Positions 26,233-28,068 of a stretch of DNA of 28,068 bases are shown here, one piece after another. A program made the translations under genes and the position numbers. This DNA is from a virus (Duplodnaviria > Heunggongvirae > Uroviricota > Caudoviricetes), in the IMG/VR virus record IMGVR_UViG_2663762948_000001, positions 1 through 28,068 of that record, one strand, 5' to 3'. Under the pieces are notes generated by a model that was given only the letters and a program-made list of their open reading frames with translations, was not told the origin of the DNA and searched no databases. Position 1 is the first letter of the stretch, and every line of letters begins with the position of its first letter.

Positions 26233-26601
26233 ATGGTTGGAACCGCTATAGCAAGCTTTTTTGGGATGTTGGCAATCTCGACAATTTACGGCTTAGCGCA
26301 TGCTTTTATTGCGAAATCTCTATCAGAAAAAATAAGCCAGGCTTGGGCGCATAGATCAGCTCGTTTCATGATTCTGGTGATCATAGCAATACAAGGGATA
26401 TCTGCATTTATCCTCTATGGATCAAGCTTATACCTATTGTATCAAGGCGCGACATTTACGCCTTACACCAGTGATTACGGAACTCTATACGATGGTAGTG
26501 AAGACATCACTGTGGCTTGGATCGTCTTTGGTTTATCTATGGCCGTGTCTGTTGTAGCAGACATCATTAAGGTAATTCTCGTCTTAACCTTCGCTGACTA
26601 A
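26233..26601 (+). CDS. 3-TM membrane protein co-transcribed with cI (rex position)
   Basis: AAGGGG RBS 5 nt before ATG 26233 (the ORF track start at 26212 is TTG); 122 aa with three hydrophobic helices; begins 18 nt after the cI stop. Confidence 0.55.
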   Translation: MVGTAIASFFGMLAISTIYGLAHAFIAKSLSEKISQAWAHRSARFMILVIIAIQGISAFILYGSSLYLLYQGATFTPYTSDYGTLYDGSEDITVAWIVFGLSMAVSVVADIIKVILVLTFAD

Positions 26602-26731
26602 CCTATAATCCCGGCAGCAATAGCTATCGGGATCCACTTCACATATCCCGCATAAAAAGCACTGAACAAGCAGAAACCGAAAAAATAAATATCCTTTGTA
26701 TTCATTTGCTTATCATTATTTCATCAAAAAT

Positions 26732-26774
26732 AAATACCTTGGGTATTTACACAATAAAATACCTACAGTATTCT
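26732..26774 (+). promoter_or_regulatory. OL operators with pL
   Basis: AAATAC-CTTGG-GTATTT (26732..26748) and AAATAC-CTACA-GTATTC (26757..26773), same half-sites and 25-bp spacing as OR; candidate pL -35 TTTACA (26746..26751) and -10 TATTCT (26769..26774). Confidence 0.5.
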
Positions 26775-26819
26775 TTAGCCATCAGCAGGACGCTGGTAGC
26801 CAAACGGAACAGATTGGCA

Positions 26820-26862
26820 GGCTCTTTAACATTGATGGGATTGTCCCGCCGAAATGCGGGAA
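26820..26862 (+). promoter_or_regulatory. nutL (boxA plus boxB)
   Basis: GCTCTTTAAC, a spacer, then TCCCGCCGAAATGCGGGAA, identical in boxA and boxB to the nutR element on the other strand. Confidence 0.6.
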
Positions 26863-27172
26863 CCAAAGAGTAGTTGGCTTTGGGGTGACGTGAAGTGCAG
26901 CTGCACGACGGCAACCGGAAGATAAGCACCCGGCGCGTCACCGCCAAAGTCAATTCCATAGGCGAAATGCAGCCGCCAAACACAGCCAATGCTGCACATG
27001 CAACAGGAGGATTTATGTGAATGCATAACTTCAAAACCGAGGTTAATTAAATCTCTCGATCCGAGCATTGACCTATTAGGTGGCGAGATGCTCTTTCTGC
27101 CCCTCAGTTCGAGGGGCCAGAAACCACTTTGCAATCACTATCAATTCCAAAGTTGTTTCATCGGAGGTCAAC

Positions 27173-27445
27173 ATGACAGTAGTCATTACATATCTGGCTG
27201 ACGATAACGCCAGAAATCGCCGCAGAGCACGCAGACAGGCTCAACGTGAACAGGCAATGCAAGAGCAGCGACTGACGCGAAAAATTGCGCTAAAGCTCTC
27301 TGGTTGCGTCAGAGCAGATAAAGCAGCATCACTCGGAAGCCTTCGCTGTAAGGAAGAAGATGAACGCAGTGGAAGTATTTGCCTGCCAAACGTAGCTCTT
27401 TACGCGGCAGGATACCGGAAATCAAAACAACTGACAGCGAGGTAA
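27173..27445 (+). CDS. N: Antiterminator N
   Basis: GGAGG RBS; ATG 27173 is the first in-frame ATG; 90 aa with N-terminal arginine-rich motif DDNARNRRRARRQAQREQA like lambdoid N proteins. Confidence 0.7.
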   Translation: MTVVITYLADDNARNRRRARRQAQREQAMQEQRLTRKIALKLSGCVRADKAASLGSLRCKEEDERSGSICLPNVALYAAGYRKSKQLTAR

Positions 27446-27448
27446 GTG

Positions 27449-27673
27449 ATGAATCAGACATACATTCCATCATGCTTGAGAAATCTGCCAAAGCAGAAAG
27501 CAAAGCCCCGCAAGCAAGCCATAAAGGACGCTAAGTCAGAGGTTATTGATAAAGCAATACAATTGCTCAGGGAGGAGTTAAGAAGTGGCAAGCTCGAAGG
27601 AATGATGATGCCCTATCAGCGCGGATATCTATCGGCGATTAGTAAGTTGGAAGTATTGAAGAGTGAATTATGA
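27449..27673 (+). CDS. Hypothetical protein downstream of N
   Basis: 74 aa; GAGG RBS; basic N-terminus, predicted helical. Confidence 0.35.
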   Translation: MNQTYIPSCLRNLPKQKAKPRKQAIKDAKSEVIDKAIQLLREELRSGKLEGMMMPYQRGYLSAISKLEVLKSEL

Positions 27674-27800
27674 ACTATCTGGAATTTCCGGATGGTTCAT
27701 TGTTTTGGCAGCAAGCCACAGAGGTGATATATGGAAGAAGAATTTGAAGAGTTCGAAGAGCATCCTCAGGATGTGATGGAACAATACCAGGACTATCCGT

Positions 27801-28010
27801 ATGACTACGACTATTGATAAAAATCAATGGTGTGGACAATTCAAGCGATGCAATGGATGCAAGCTGCAATCGGAATGCATGGTTAAGCCTGAAGAAATGT
27901 TTCCTGTAATGGAAGATGGGAAATATGTCGATAAATGGGCAATACGAACGACGGCAATGATTGCCAGAGAACTTGGTAAACAGAATAACAATGAATCGCC
28001 ACGGGTTTAA
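27801..28010 (+). CDS. ral: Ral-like restriction alleviation protein
   Basis: 69 aa starting MTTTIDKNQWCGQFKRCNGCKLQSECMVKPEEMF, matching my recollection of lambda Ral. Confidence 0.55.
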   Translation: MTTTIDKNQWCGQFKRCNGCKLQSECMVKPEEMFPVMEDGKYVDKWAIRTTAMIARELGKQNNNESPRV

Positions 28011-28068
28011 CAGACACCTCAGAGTCATTTAAGATGGCTTAAAGAGAGGTGCCCATGAGCGGTAAGCG

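Noticed and set aside
26747-27134. Minus-strand ORFs 26747..27034 and 26826..27134 in the pL leader
   Set aside because: Antisense to the pL-nutL-N leader, Cys/Ser-rich, no RBS; the plus-strand regulatory reading explains this region better.
1-28068. CRISPR arrays, rRNA genes, integrase and att sites
   Set aside because: No direct-repeat/spacer periodicity, no rRNA-like sequence, and no integrase ORF in the window; the segment appears wholly internal to the prophage.

Overview
This window is an internal segment of a lambdoid (lambda/HK97-mosaic) prophage of an enterobacterial host; no host genes and no att sites are visible. Late genes run on the minus strand from right to left: Q, pR' and a short terminated leader, the lambda-type lysis cassette S/R/Rz with embedded Rz1, a KilA-N moron region, HNH endonuclease, a candidate cos region, small and large terminase, portal, prohead protease, HK97-type major capsid, four head-tail joining genes, major tail V, the G/GT chaperone pair with a -1 frameshift, tape measure H, M, L, K and the start of I. 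To the right lie the nin region (NinB, NinF, YbcO-like, RusA, NinH), the replication module (O with ori iterons, DnaB-type helicase), and the immunity region (cII, cro on minus; cI on plus, with 17-bp operators of the form AATAC-N5-GTATT), followed on the plus strand by pL, nutL, N and a Ral-like gene. The most interesting unexplained content is accessory: two paralogous single-pass membrane-protein morons inserted in the tail operon, each with its own terminator; a 3-TM membrane protein co-transcribed with cI in the rex position; a KilA-N plus small basic protein pair between lysis and cos; and a trio of small genes after tR2. All protein identifications rest on reading the supplied translations and on remembered family features; no database search was run, so similarity statements need BLAST/HMM confirmation. 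I found no CRISPR array and no convincing tRNA.
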